64,000 bases of DNA, taken from the IMG/VR virus record IMGVR_UViG_3300010163_000018, positions 1 through 64,000 of that record; one strand, written 5' to 3'. Positions 1 through 8,688 of this stretch are shown piece by piece. The stretch is from a virus (Duplodnaviria; Caudoviricetes). The notes under the pieces were generated by a model that worked only from the letters and a program-made list of their open reading frames with translations, made no database searches and was not told the DNA's origin. A program made the translations under genes and the position numbers. Position 1 is the stretch's first letter. Each line of letters begins with the position of its first letter.

Positions 1-38
1 GGTAATTTCGTTAAAGGAAGCATATTGCTATTCCTTTA

Positions 39-56
39 TTCACTATAATAATATAT
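39..56 (-). promoter_or_regulatory. Putative phage early promoter (ATATATTATT-ATAG-TGAA) pointing out of the window, followed by a stem-loop (arms 31-38 and 12-19)
   Basis: The reverse complement reads ATATATTATTATAGTGAA, matching the motif at 5951, 8604, 42059 and 44385. It is followed by TAAAGGAA...TTCCTTTA. The core resembles the TATATTAC early promoter of phiKZ. Confidence 0.6.
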
Positions 57-123
57 ATTTGAAGAATTAAAATAATAGGAATTGTAGCATAAATAATAAG
101 GTAGCATAGAAAAATGAAAAGAA

Positions 124-150
124 ATTTGTGGGGCATAAAGCCCCACAAAT
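124..150. terminator. GC-rich hairpin (GGGGC family), probable intrinsic terminator
   Basis: ATTTGTGGGGC-ATAAA-GCCCCACAAAT is a perfect 11-bp inverted repeat in intergenic DNA. Confidence 0.65.
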
Positions 151-164
151 AATTACAAACGATA

Positions 165-187
165 GGACCGGTGTCGCATTCCGGTCC
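165..187. terminator. Second intergenic hairpin
   Basis: GGACCGG-TGTCGCATT-CCGGTCC, a 7-bp stem. Confidence 0.4.
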
Positions 188-279
188 CAAAATAAAACGG
201 AGGACATTCCATGTCAGTAGAATGTTCAAAAATGGAAATTTGGTTCATAGATGAACTTACGAATTTGTTTATAAAAGAC

Positions 280-297
280 ATATATTATTTTCACGTA
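280..297 (+). promoter_or_regulatory. Putative early promoter upstream of gyrB-N
   Basis: CATATATTATT core about 100 nt upstream of the ATG at 386. The downstream TGAA element is only partly matched (TTCACGTAA). Confidence 0.5.
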
Positions 298-385
298 AAG
301 GATACATAGTGCTCGTTATATAAACGAACTTTCTCGAACAGAGATATGTAAAACCTTATAAGTTTAAATCAGGAGGTATAACAAA

Positions 386-2101
386 ATGGCTAAATTCAAA
401 GATGATGAGTATAAGATCGTCCGTGTTGACGTCCAAAAGATACGAACTCGACCGACGCAGTTTATCTCATCTCTCAATGAAGCAGGTGCATTTCATCTGT
501 GTAAAGAGTTGATTGACAATGCTTCTGACGAAGCTCTAAAAACAGCATCACCTTGTGACAAGATCTTTATTGAAATGACATCAAAAGCGATCAGAGTTGT
601 TGACAATGGTAGAGGAATCCCAACCGACATCATGCAGGATGTATATGAAATAATGCAAGCCGGAACAAACATGACTCGATCAGGTGGTAAGACCAGAGGA
701 GAAAACGGTGTCGGTGGTAGTACAGCGTTATTGGCAGTATCATCATATCTGAAGGTCGTGTCAACAAGACCTACAGAAAAGAAGAGACTGACTCTTGAGT
801 ATAAAGAAGCTGTTCTCGTTAATAAGGTGCTTGAGGAATACACGGGAAAAGATCACGGTCTTGATGTAACATTCATGCCATCACGTAAGGTTCTGGGTAC
901 ATCAAAGATTCCAACTGATCTTATCGTAAATTGGTTGGAGGATTTCCAGTACACACTTAAACCTGGAATATATGTTGAGTACACTGTTGATGGAAATACA
1001 ACGGTAATCAATCGAAAAAGTCTTGAGCAGTACATCGATAAGACAATACCTGCTGATGCCAGATTATGTGACGTATACACATTCAGCGCGTCTGATGATG
1101 GCTTACAGGAAACATTTATGGATGAAACTTATCGGAGAAGCCTCGACTTCGAAGTAGCATTAACGTATGCTGATCCAGAGAAATATCATGGTGATGATAT
1201 CCGTCATTCATGGATGAATATGATCAACACTGTTGAAAATGGTTCACACTTAGATGGATTCCTCAGAGGATTCACAAAAGCCATAACCGAAAAGATCCGC
1301 AATAAGAATAAGAAGTATGCGGATGTTAATTTCAAAAGAGATATCGAATCTCACCTGAGTGTCGTTATGAAAGCGAATTGTGACTTTGCACATATGTTCT
1401 CTTCTCAGGCAAAAGCCAAGGTAATTGAACCCCTGGTCGGAAAAGCAGTAGAATCATTAACGTACGAATGGTTCAGTAACTTACCAATGAATGATATTAT
1501 CGAAGCTGTACTTGGTAACTATCGTGCTCGTGTCGAAGGTGAAAAGATGAGGAATGTTGCATCATCTGTTAAGGGACTCAAGACATGGCAGAAACCAGAT
1601 CAGTACTATCCATGTTCATCTGTTAAAACTGTTGAACCGAAGGAACTGTTCCTTGTTGAGGGTAAATCCGCAGGAGGCGGTTTGAAGAGTGCACGTAATG
1701 CTCGTTATCAGGCAATATTAACATTCCGAGGAAAATCGTTAAATATATGGGATCTGACAATTGATCGTGCATTGAAGAGTACGCCGTGGTTAAATCTCGT
1801 TAAAGTACTTGGTTGTGGTATCGGACCAACATTTGACATTAAGAAACTGAAGTTCGATAAAATCATTATCGCAACTGATGCTGATATTGATGGATATCAT
1901 ATTCGTGTCGGATTATCGGCATTCTTTGTTAAATTCATGCCGGAGATAATTCATGCGGGAAAGCTGTATATATCAGAACCTCCACTGTATAAACTTTCGA
2001 AAGATAAAGATGTATTCTATGTAGCATCTCAAACTGAATATCTCCAGAAATGTATTGAATCCTTAGGAGATCTCGAGATCGAATTTCCTGATATGAAGTA
2101 A
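386..2101 (+). CDS. gyrB: Type IIA topoisomerase/gyrase subunit B, N-terminal part (GHKL ATPase, transducer, TOPRIM)
   Basis: GHKL motifs ELIDNASDEA, VVDNGRGIP, GENGVGG and GLDVTF. TOPRIM motifs LFLVEGKSA, LTFRGK, IATDADIDG and EPPLY. RBS AGGAGG. The C-terminal RYKGLG segment is absent. Confidence 0.95.
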   Translation: MAKFKDDEYKIVRVDVQKIRTRPTQFISSLNEAGAFHLCKELIDNASDEALKTASPCDKIFIEMTSKAIRVVDNGRGIPTDIMQDVYEIMQAGTNMTRSGGKTRGENGVGGSTALLAVSSYLKVVSTRPTEKKRLTLEYKEAVLVNKVLEEYTGKDHGLDVTFMPSRKVLGTSKIPTDLIVNWLEDFQYTLKPGIYVEYTVDGNTTVINRKSLEQYIDKTIPADARLCDVYTFSASDDGLQETFMDETYRRSLDFEVALTYADPEKYHGDDIRHSWMNMINTVENGSHLDGFLRGFTKAITEKIRNKNKKYADVNFKRDIESHLSVVMKANCDFAHMFSSQAKAKVIEPLVGKAVESLTYEWFSNLPMNDIIEAVLGNYRARVEGEKMRNVASSVKGLKTWQKPDQYYPCSSVKTVEPKELFLVEGKSAGGGLKSARNARYQAILTFRGKSLNIWDLTIDRALKSTPWLNLVKVLGCGIGPTFDIKKLKFDKIIIATDADIDGYHIRVGLSAFFVKFMPEIIHAGKLYISEPPLYKLSKDKDVFYVASQTEYLQKCIESLGDLEIEFPDMK

Positions 2102-2107
2102 TTGGTT

Positions 2108-2129
2108 TTGGCGGGAGAAATCCCGCCAA
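2108..2129 (+). terminator. Hairpin between the two gyrB halves
   Basis: TTGGCGGGA-GAAA-TCCCGCCAA, a 9-bp stem with a GNRA loop, 6 nt after the stop codon. The same GGCGGGA stem occurs at 5906-5932. Confidence 0.7.
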
Positions 2130-2194
2130 CCTAATTTTATATTGGATATTTGATAATACTAATCGTTACTGTATTTGAAATGGAGGAATATGTT

Positions 2195-2833
2195 ATGGGC
2201 AAAATTAAAGCAACAGACTTCGTTACCGAAGCATTTGACTACCTCAGCACATTGACAGAGGCAAGTATCAATCTGTCGACGAACAGATATCTGCTTGAAT
2301 TCATTGCGAATGGATTTGCAGTATATGGTGATACTCCGGAAGCGTTTGAGGAACACGTAGATGAATGGATACGGAAACTCACCAATCTGTATCCGGAACT
2401 TGGTTATGATCATGAAAACCACCAGATCAAAGCCGTCATTGATCTTGTCGATCAACTCGTTGTTGTGGATAATGGTTTGATCGACCAATTGAGATATGTT
2501 ATAAACATACAGAAGAAATATGGTTTGTTTATTGTATACTCATCAAAGAAGATTCCGAAGCAGCAGACAACACTCAGCAGGTTCTTTGAACATATCGAAC
2601 GACTTTATCCGACAATTAAGGCCCGATACAAAGGTCTTGGATCATCTGGCGCACTTGTATCAAGAGAGGTTATAACAGATCCCCGTACACGAAGACTCAT
2701 TCGTGTTACGATGGATGATGCTGAGATCATGCAGACAATGGGAATGCTTGTAGGTGACGGCAAAGAAAATAAGAATGCAAGAAAAGAGATGTTGATGAAC
2801 TTCAAGTTCACAATGGATATGATCGACAACTAA
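2195..2833 (+). CDS. gyrB: Gyrase/topoisomerase subunit B, C-terminal part (insertion domain plus tail), 212 aa
   Basis: ARYKGLGS, DPRTRRLIRVTMDDA and MLVGD...ARKEML match the GyrB C-terminus. GGAGG at 2182-2186 places the start at ATG 2195 rather than TTG 2150. Confidence 0.9.
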   Translation: MGKIKATDFVTEAFDYLSTLTEASINLSTNRYLLEFIANGFAVYGDTPEAFEEHVDEWIRKLTNLYPELGYDHENHQIKAVIDLVDQLVVVDNGLIDQLRYVINIQKKYGLFIVYSSKKIPKQQTTLSRFFEHIERLYPTIKARYKGLGSSGALVSREVITDPRTRRLIRVTMDDAEIMQTMGMLVGDGKENKNARKEMLMNFKFTMDMIDN

Positions 2834-2848
2834 TATCGGGAGGTTCTT

Positions 2849-4843
2849 ATGATAAACTACAATATTGACACCGACACAAACGAATCCGAATTCAAAGATC
2901 TTAGGAAGTTCCATGAGATCACTACTAAAGAACAAATCACTGAATGCATCGGTGATATAATCATCTTGGATCGGTATGCGAAAAACTACGACTATCTTTA
3001 CAATCGTATCGTTGACGTAGCTGTCTTGTGTTGGAATAACAGAGACGAAAACGGAGAGAAGTTACAACATTCATTCGTTAAATTCAAAAAGAACATCGAT
3101 TCGATTGAAACGTACGAGCTGCCACTCAACAGATTCATGATAAGTCTGGCGTTCTTACGTACTGTCATTGACTATCTTGAATACATCGATATCAATGATT
3201 ATATACTGAAGAATTATCTGTCGAAGAAATCCAAATCCGTTCTTCAAGATAAGATTGTTGAGACATTGACATCTTTCGGTAAAACAATACGTGAGATTCA
3301 GGTTATAATGGCAAGAATGTCTCTTGATTTAAAGGAACTCCTGTTGGTATTCTCCGAAGCAGATATGCAGGTATTTACTGCAGAAAATCTGTTCCTTGAT
3401 CATTACCGCAGATCTCCGATCATCAGGGACATCAACAACACGGAATATCCCCCAGATATGCAGACATCTGAAATCATCGAAGCGAATGCAGAGAAGTATA
3501 AGATTCTTGAAGCAGAAATGCTCAAGGGTGGAAATCCATTCTTTGTAGATAACAAATTCACTTCCATCATTAAGCCTAAACAAATGGAGGAATTGTATAT
3601 CAACTTCTCACAGATCCCTGATGGTAAGAACATTGTTCCTGTAATTATGAACGGTAATGGTTTCCGTGCAGGATATCATGAGATGCCGGTAATGTACGCG
3701 GGTGCGATAGCGGCAAGAGTTCCTGACATTCTGAATGAAGAATATATGGGTACTGCGGGATATTTCGCAAGAAATATCTGGATGCTCACATATGGAACTT
3801 TGTCAAGAACCGTGTGGGACTGTGGATCTGTAAATCCAATTGAGATTGAAATCGATGAAACTATGCTTGATATGATGGATGGCAGATATTATCAAGAAAC
3901 CAAGAACAGGGGACCTTACAAGATCTTCAAGAAAGATAAGAGTATGCTTGGTAGAAAACTCTGGTTCAGAAGTCCTTGTACTTGTAACCTCAATGAAGAC
4001 TGTTGTCATGTATGTTATGGAACAAAGGCACTTAAGGTCGGTGAACTTGAAGGTGGATTCATCTATTCATCTGAGTTAATCACAAAGGATGTTGGTCAGA
4101 AGATTCTCTCTGTTAAGCATATCCTTAAAGCTGGAGCTGAAAAGATAGAATTCTCTGATGGATATGAGAAGTGGTTCGTTATGGAGAACTCAACATTGAT
4201 TCCTACAGACGAGAAGAAGTTCGATATCTATCTCAAGGAAGATTATCTCGAAAACATCTCCGAATCATTGACCGTTTATATCGGTAAGGATCTGATTCCT
4301 ATTACGATTTCTAAATATGCATCGATTCATATTCCCGATGCTGTTGTTGATGCATTCAAAGAAGTAACAATTGATGATGTAACATATTACAAAGTCTCAT
4401 CTCATAAAGTTATCGAGGTTGGTATGCTTTGTGATATCATTCCTGTAAACATTATGCTTACGGCGAAATATATGAAGATAATGGGATTGTTTGAGAATGA
4501 AATCTCCAACTTCGGAAAGCTTGAAGATGCAGTAGTAGAACTTGCTCATCTTATGTATGGAATCATCCCGGTACTTTCTGTTCACGGTGAAATCATAATC
4601 GGACACCTCATTCGTTCTGTTGAAAACAGATTGCTGCGTCCTAATTGGACAACTCCGGATCCAGAGTATCAGATGATGAGACTTAAGACTGCTCTCACGA
4701 ACAGTGAGTCTGTAACGGTTGCGATGGCATTTGAGCAGTTCCGTCATCATCTGCTGCACTCAATCTTTGATGAACGAAACAAGATCAAACGTGTTGGTCC
4801 TCGTTCATTTGAAGACTACCTCTTCGGAGGAAAACAGGAATAA
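2849..4843 (+). CDS. rpoC: Phage multisubunit RNA polymerase, beta' C-terminal subunit (split RNAP of phiKZ/AR9 type)
   Basis: Bridge-helix-like GTAGYFARNI, zinc site DCGS...RSPCTC...CCHVCYG, and trigger-loop-like GQKILSVKH. There is no NADFDGD motif, so this is only the C-terminal half. Confidence 0.85.
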   Translation: MINYNIDTDTNESEFKDLRKFHEITTKEQITECIGDIIILDRYAKNYDYLYNRIVDVAVLCWNNRDENGEKLQHSFVKFKKNIDSIETYELPLNRFMISLAFLRTVIDYLEYIDINDYILKNYLSKKSKSVLQDKIVETLTSFGKTIREIQVIMARMSLDLKELLLVFSEADMQVFTAENLFLDHYRRSPIIRDINNTEYPPDMQTSEIIEANAEKYKILEAEMLKGGNPFFVDNKFTSIIKPKQMEELYINFSQIPDGKNIVPVIMNGNGFRAGYHEMPVMYAGAIAARVPDILNEEYMGTAGYFARNIWMLTYGTLSRTVWDCGSVNPIEIEIDETMLDMMDGRYYQETKNRGPYKIFKKDKSMLGRKLWFRSPCTCNLNEDCCHVCYGTKALKVGELEGGFIYSSELITKDVGQKILSVKHILKAGAEKIEFSDGYEKWFVMENSTLIPTDEKKFDIYLKEDYLENISESLTVYIGKDLIPITISKYASIHIPDAVVDAFKEVTIDDVTYYKVSSHKVIEVGMLCDIIPVNIMLTAKYMKIMGLFENEISNFGKLEDAVVELAHLMYGIIPVLSVHGEIIIGHLIRSVENRLLRPNWTTPDPEYQMMRLKTALTNSESVTVAMAFEQFRHHLLHSIFDERNKIKRVGPRSFEDYLFGGKQE

Positions 4844-4861
4844 CGAAGGAGATGAATTATA

Positions 4862-5902
4862 ATGGCCAGACCATTTTCAATAGGACCAATTGCTGGTATG
4901 TTGTTGAAACCAAGGTATGCGGCAATAAACACATTCGTCGGTGAAGATTTCATGCCTGACAAAGGTGTTGATATATTTATCGATTTAAACGCGCTGGTGT
5001 CGGCTTTGTCGACATCAGCCAAATTCTTAAATTCACTTCCATTCTCCGACGGGGTGGAAGCGGATATCATAGCCAATGTATTATCAGTTGTAAAACACTG
5101 GAAAGATTGGTCTCGTAAATATGGTGGTTCAAGAATATTCTTGATAGTAAACGACTTCGAGATGGCATTACTCCCAGAACAGGATATCATGAAATCTTAT
5201 CTGGTTCCCTATGTTAACAAATTCGATCAGGAACGTTTTGCCCAGATGAATTATTACTGGACAGAAGCGATGAAACGGATCGAGATTGTTCTGAAGTATG
5301 TCCCTGAGTCGTATCTCATCAGATGCAACCGTTTGGATTCGTACATCATTCCGAATATAATTGATAATTATAAAACGAATGGTCGATACAGAATCATCAT
5401 AACAGGAAATGCATTGATGACAATGTACTCTCTGGAGAATAACACGAAAGTGATTCTGTCCAAGTTCAAACATCAGATGGTTGATCCACTGATGATTGTT
5501 CAATCAATATCCAATATAGATGACAGTATAATGGAGACCTTCATTCAGAACAAAGTATTCTATGCTTTGTTAAACGCAGTGATTGGGGACTTTGATAGGG
5601 GTTTAATTGGAATAACTCAGATGGGTATCTCTGCGTTTGCAAACGATCTACTTAGAGCCGTTGAACGTGGAGAGATACCTAAAGATCCTAAGACGATCGA
5701 TAGCGTATTGCCAGTAATACAATCTGGGTATCACGAATATCTCAGGAAGGTATTTCCATTGATTGATATCGAGAGACACACATTGCTTATACCACAATCA
5801 TTGATTGAAAAGGTAAAGAGTAATCTCATTGACCTGTATGATCTTGATGGGCTCAGTGGATTAACTGTTGATGGATTTAACCTGATTGAGCTGGTGCAAT
5901 AA
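4862..5902 (+). CDS. 5'-3' exonuclease/FEN (PIN-like) fold protein, probably degenerate
   Basis: IFIDLNAL, FLIVNDFE, IIITGN and a helix-turn-helix-like AVIGDFDRGLIGITQMG follow the PolA-N/T4 RNase H motif order. Several acidic residues are replaced. Confidence 0.5.
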   Translation: MARPFSIGPIAGMLLKPRYAAINTFVGEDFMPDKGVDIFIDLNALVSALSTSAKFLNSLPFSDGVEADIIANVLSVVKHWKDWSRKYGGSRIFLIVNDFEMALLPEQDIMKSYLVPYVNKFDQERFAQMNYYWTEAMKRIEIVLKYVPESYLIRCNRLDSYIIPNIIDNYKTNGRYRIIITGNALMTMYSLENNTKVILSKFKHQMVDPLMIVQSISNIDDSIMETFIQNKVFYALLNAVIGDFDRGLIGITQMGISAFANDLLRAVERGEIPKDPKTIDSVLPVIQSGYHEYLRKVFPLIDIERHTLLIPQSLIEKVKSNLIDLYDLDGLSGLTVDGFNLIELVQ

Positions 5903-5905
5903 ACT

Positions 5906-5932
5906 ATATGGCGGGATATTATCCCGCCATAT
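5906..5932 (+). terminator. Intrinsic terminator-like hairpin
   Basis: ATATGGCGGGAT-ATT-ATCCCGCCATAT, a 12-bp stem directly after the stop at 5902, followed by T-rich sequence. Confidence 0.75.
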
Positions 5933-5950
5933 TATTCTTATTTATTATAC

Positions 5951-5990
5951 ATATATTATTTATTTGAACAAACTCATGATTGTTCAAATA
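5951..5990 (+). promoter_or_regulatory. Putative early promoter plus 5' stem-loop
   Basis: ATATATTATT-TATT-TGAA. Perfect inverted repeat TATTTGAACAA (5961-5971) / TTGTTCAAATA (5980-5990). Confidence 0.65.
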
Positions 5991-5997
5991 AAATCAA

Positions 5998-7251
5998 ATG
6001 AGATTAAAAATGATAAAAGAAACTATCGTTGAATCGTTGGTCAAGGCCGCTACAATGGCGGTTGTGCCGGAGGTAGTAATACCCATCAAGAACTTTGTGA
6101 AGTCAAAGGCGATTTACACTACAAACATATCAAGTCTCATGTGTATGTCTCTTGGACAGGTTCTGATCAATGTTTTCAAGAACTCATCAAAGACACTGAG
6201 ACTTGCGGCACTTTTCAATGATGAAGAAGAATGGACACGTACATTTGGTGATGAGTTATTGGTCAACAATGTCAACACAATTGACTACACGTTCTACAAA
6301 GGTACCCCTATTGCTTTGACGATGGGTATCATTGGATTGAAAGATGCTAATGCCAAGATCAATGTGTATCTTCACACGTTGAACACTCCTCATCACAAAC
6401 AGAACTTGAAGGAGTTTATCGTAAAGATGAACAAGAAGAGTTTTACCAAAAGCGCAAAATGTTTATCTTACGGATACAGTGTTCCTTGTGATGGAAATGA
6501 CGTTGATCATAAGTTCAACATTAACGACGAAGCCCGACTGCGTACGTTTGATGACATTTTTATCCCGGCAGAAATGAAAAAACAGATAATATCGTCGCTT
6601 GATGCATTCATCAAAAAGAAAGACTGGTATAAGGCTAACCGAATTCCGTATCATTTCGGAATACTGCTGTACGGAAATCCTGGCACTGGAAAGAGTACTT
6701 TGGCACAGGCCATTGCGAAATATACAAAGTCCATTTTGTATATATTCGTGTCGAAAGAGGTTAACCGGTTAAAATATTTCTCGGGTTACTTTGAGCCTCA
6801 TATAATGGACAAACTAAATATGTACGAGACCTATATCCTGGAAGATGTTGACATCTGTCAGAATACAGCATCGAGGGATATTGAATCTCAGCAGATTCAG
6901 ATCCCCGGAAAAGATGATTCTGATCTGGGTACAATATTGAACTTCCTTGATGGTATATACGCACCAACAAACGCAATTGTTGTACTTACAACGAATCATA
7001 TCGAGAAGCTTGATCCGGCATTGATTAGACCGGGTCGTATCGATTTGGCTATCGAGGTCGGATATGTAACAAACGAAACATTTGCGATGTTCTGTGAGAA
7101 GTATTATGGCGAAACTCCTCCCAGTGATTTCGACATCAAGGATGGGGTAACGTTTGCTGCTTTACAGACAGACTTCATGAGGGATCTTAGCATGAAAGAT
7201 CTCCTCATGAAATATTCAAAAGAAAGGACAAGTAATTCAAATGAAACTTGA
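5998..7251 (+). CDS. BCS1-like AAA+ ATPase (copy 1)
   Basis: Walker A GNPGTGKS, Walker B ILEDVD, sensor TTNH and arginine finger PALIRPGRID. The WY..NRIPYHFGILLYG segment and N-domain (FYKGTPI...VYLHTLN) are typical of BCS1. The start may be ATG 6010. Confidence 0.85.
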   Translation: MRLKMIKETIVESLVKAATMAVVPEVVIPIKNFVKSKAIYTTNISSLMCMSLGQVLINVFKNSSKTLRLAALFNDEEEWTRTFGDELLVNNVNTIDYTFYKGTPIALTMGIIGLKDANAKINVYLHTLNTPHHKQNLKEFIVKMNKKSFTKSAKCLSYGYSVPCDGNDVDHKFNINDEARLRTFDDIFIPAEMKKQIISSLDAFIKKKDWYKANRIPYHFGILLYGNPGTGKSTLAQAIAKYTKSILYIFVSKEVNRLKYFSGYFEPHIMDKLNMYETYILEDVDICQNTASRDIESQQIQIPGKDDSDLGTILNFLDGIYAPTNAIVVLTTNHIEKLDPALIRPGRIDLAIEVGYVTNETFAMFCEKYYGETPPSDFDIKDGVTFAALQTDFMRDLSMKDLLMKYSKERTSNSNET

Positions 7252-8446
7252 TATTACGCCACTTTGGAGAGAATGTGTTGATGCAATTAAGGGTCAGATC
7301 AACAAATCTATGTACACTGTAAGCATAACATCTATGTTATGGATTGCTGGAGAAACCCTTACCGATATATTCTCTAACATTCCGATGCGTGCGGATTGTA
7401 GCACCTCATCGGATTTAGAAAACGGGTTTTTCATACGGTTAGAAAATTCACTATATCGTCCAAGTACCACAAGAAACATTAGCCGTGTCACATTCTACAA
7501 AGGTATCCCGATATGGCTTGATGTGACTGTCATCGCCAAAAAGGGAAATTCTCAATTCGATAATCTCAGACCATCGGTGGATCTACGAGTTATATACAAC
7601 AAGAAACACGTAGCTATCTTACATGAATTCATTGAGAAAGTATGTCGCAAGAGTATTCACAGACCACAAACAGATTTCCGTGATACCATCCTTTGTTATA
7701 ATAGGGGAGGTAATTCACTACATCAAGTTCATCGAGCATTGAGAACTTTTGACAATGTGTTTATTCCTAAAGATACTCGTGATCTGATAATCAGATCACT
7801 CGATAAGTTTGTTTCAAACAGAGACTGGTATATGAAGAATAATATACCTTATCACTTTGGAATTCTCCTGTATGGTTCTCCAGGAACTGGAAAGAGCGCA
7901 TTAGCACAAGCAATATCAAATCATGTCAATGCACAACTTAGCGTTATCTCGGGTGATGACATTGGTGAGTTTCCAAACTTGCTTGGAAACAGTATCCCCA
8001 GAGACACCTTAACTGAAAGAGAATACAGAGTTGTTCTTCTTGAGGATGTCGACTGTGGTTTTTGTACTCCTCTTGATAAGGAAACACAGTCTGAAGAGAC
8101 GGAGAACAAAAGGAAGAAAGGGTTGGCTTCAATACTCAATTCGATCGATGGAGTTTCAGCACCATCGAATACAATATTCATATTCACCACAAACCATGTC
8201 GAGAAACTCGACCCCGCGTTAATCCGTCCGGGGAGATGCGACTTATCAATCGAGGTCGGTTATGTTACTGCAGAAACATTTAATGAGTTCTGTCTGCATC
8301 ATTATAACAAAATATGTGACAACATATCTATCAAAGATGGTATTACATTCGCTACACTTCAGACGGAGATCATGCGAGGTAAAACATTCGAGGAGATATG
8401 TGATTTCATAAGAAAGGAGGATTTTTCAGATGAAAACAGTAACTAA
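7241..8446 (+). CDS. BCS1-like AAA+ ATPase (copy 2, tandem paralog)
   Basis: GSPGTGKS, LLEDVD, TTNH and PALIRPGRCD. It shares LRTFD.(I/V)FIP, IPYHFGILLYG and IKDG(V/I)TFA.LQT with copy 1 and overlaps its 3' end. Confidence 0.85.
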   Translation: MKLDITPLWRECVDAIKGQINKSMYTVSITSMLWIAGETLTDIFSNIPMRADCSTSSDLENGFFIRLENSLYRPSTTRNISRVTFYKGIPIWLDVTVIAKKGNSQFDNLRPSVDLRVIYNKKHVAILHEFIEKVCRKSIHRPQTDFRDTILCYNRGGNSLHQVHRALRTFDNVFIPKDTRDLIIRSLDKFVSNRDWYMKNNIPYHFGILLYGSPGTGKSALAQAISNHVNAQLSVISGDDIGEFPNLLGNSIPRDTLTEREYRVVLLEDVDCGFCTPLDKETQSEETENKRKKGLASILNSIDGVSAPSNTIFIFTTNHVEKLDPALIRPGRCDLSIEVGYVTAETFNEFCLHHYNKICDNISIKDGITFATLQTEIMRGKTFEEICDFIRKEDFSDENSN

Positions 8447-8543
8447 GGTTGGTCTGATCATTGCTGGTATCATTATGGGCATGATCGCGTTGGGTAACTT
8501 TGCTAAGAACAACAGCTGTGACGAGTACCTGGATTGTGAATAA
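8430..8543 (+). CDS. Small membrane peptide, 37 aa (not in ORF track)
   Basis: AAAGGAGG at 8413-8420 precedes MKTVTKVGLIIAGIIMGMIALGNFAKNNSCDEYLDCE, which has a single hydrophobic segment. A terminator follows. Confidence 0.7.
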   Translation: MKTVTKVGLIIAGIIMGMIALGNFAKNNSCDEYLDCE

Positions 8544-8554
8544 TAATGTACATG

Positions 8555-8582
8555 GGGATCTAATACATAGATATTAGATCCC
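8555..8582 (+). terminator. Intrinsic terminator-like hairpin
   Basis: GGGATCTAATA-CATAGA-TATTAGATCCC followed by TACTTTTCTCT. Confidence 0.75.
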
Positions 8583-8603
8583 TACTTTTCTCTAATTCGG
8601 CAT

Positions 8604-8654
8604 ATATATTATTCATATGAACAAAACGAAAGCTATCTTTCTCTTTGTTCAGAT
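8604..8654 (+). promoter_or_regulatory. Putative early promoter plus 5' stem-loop
   Basis: ATATATTATT-CATA-TGAA. Inverted repeat ATATGAACAAA (8615-8625) / TTTGTTCAGAT (8644-8654) with one mismatch. Confidence 0.65.
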
Positions 8655-8688
8655 CAATAACATATATCATCAAAGAAAAGGAGAGAAA

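Noticed and set aside
11-229. 72-aa minus-strand ORF
   Set aside because: No RBS, it runs through two hairpins and a promoter motif, and its hydrophobicity reflects the AT-rich sequence.
337-348. AR9-type late promoter AACA-N6-T(A/G) (match at 337-348; near-matches near 29029 and on the minus strand near 28985)
   Set aside because: The motif is too short and the spacing inconsistent among candidates. It cannot be separated from chance without start-site data.
2102-2194. Group I/II intron in gyrB
   Set aside because: Only 93 nt with a single hairpin, too short for a self-splicing core, and no recognisable conserved elements.
2096-2212. T4 gene 60-style ribosomal bypass across the gyrB gap (stop codon, hairpin, same frame)
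   Set aside because: The codon before the stop is AAG, and the next AAG (2208-2210) is out of frame. The C-half has its own strong RBS and ATG, so two separate genes is the simpler reading.
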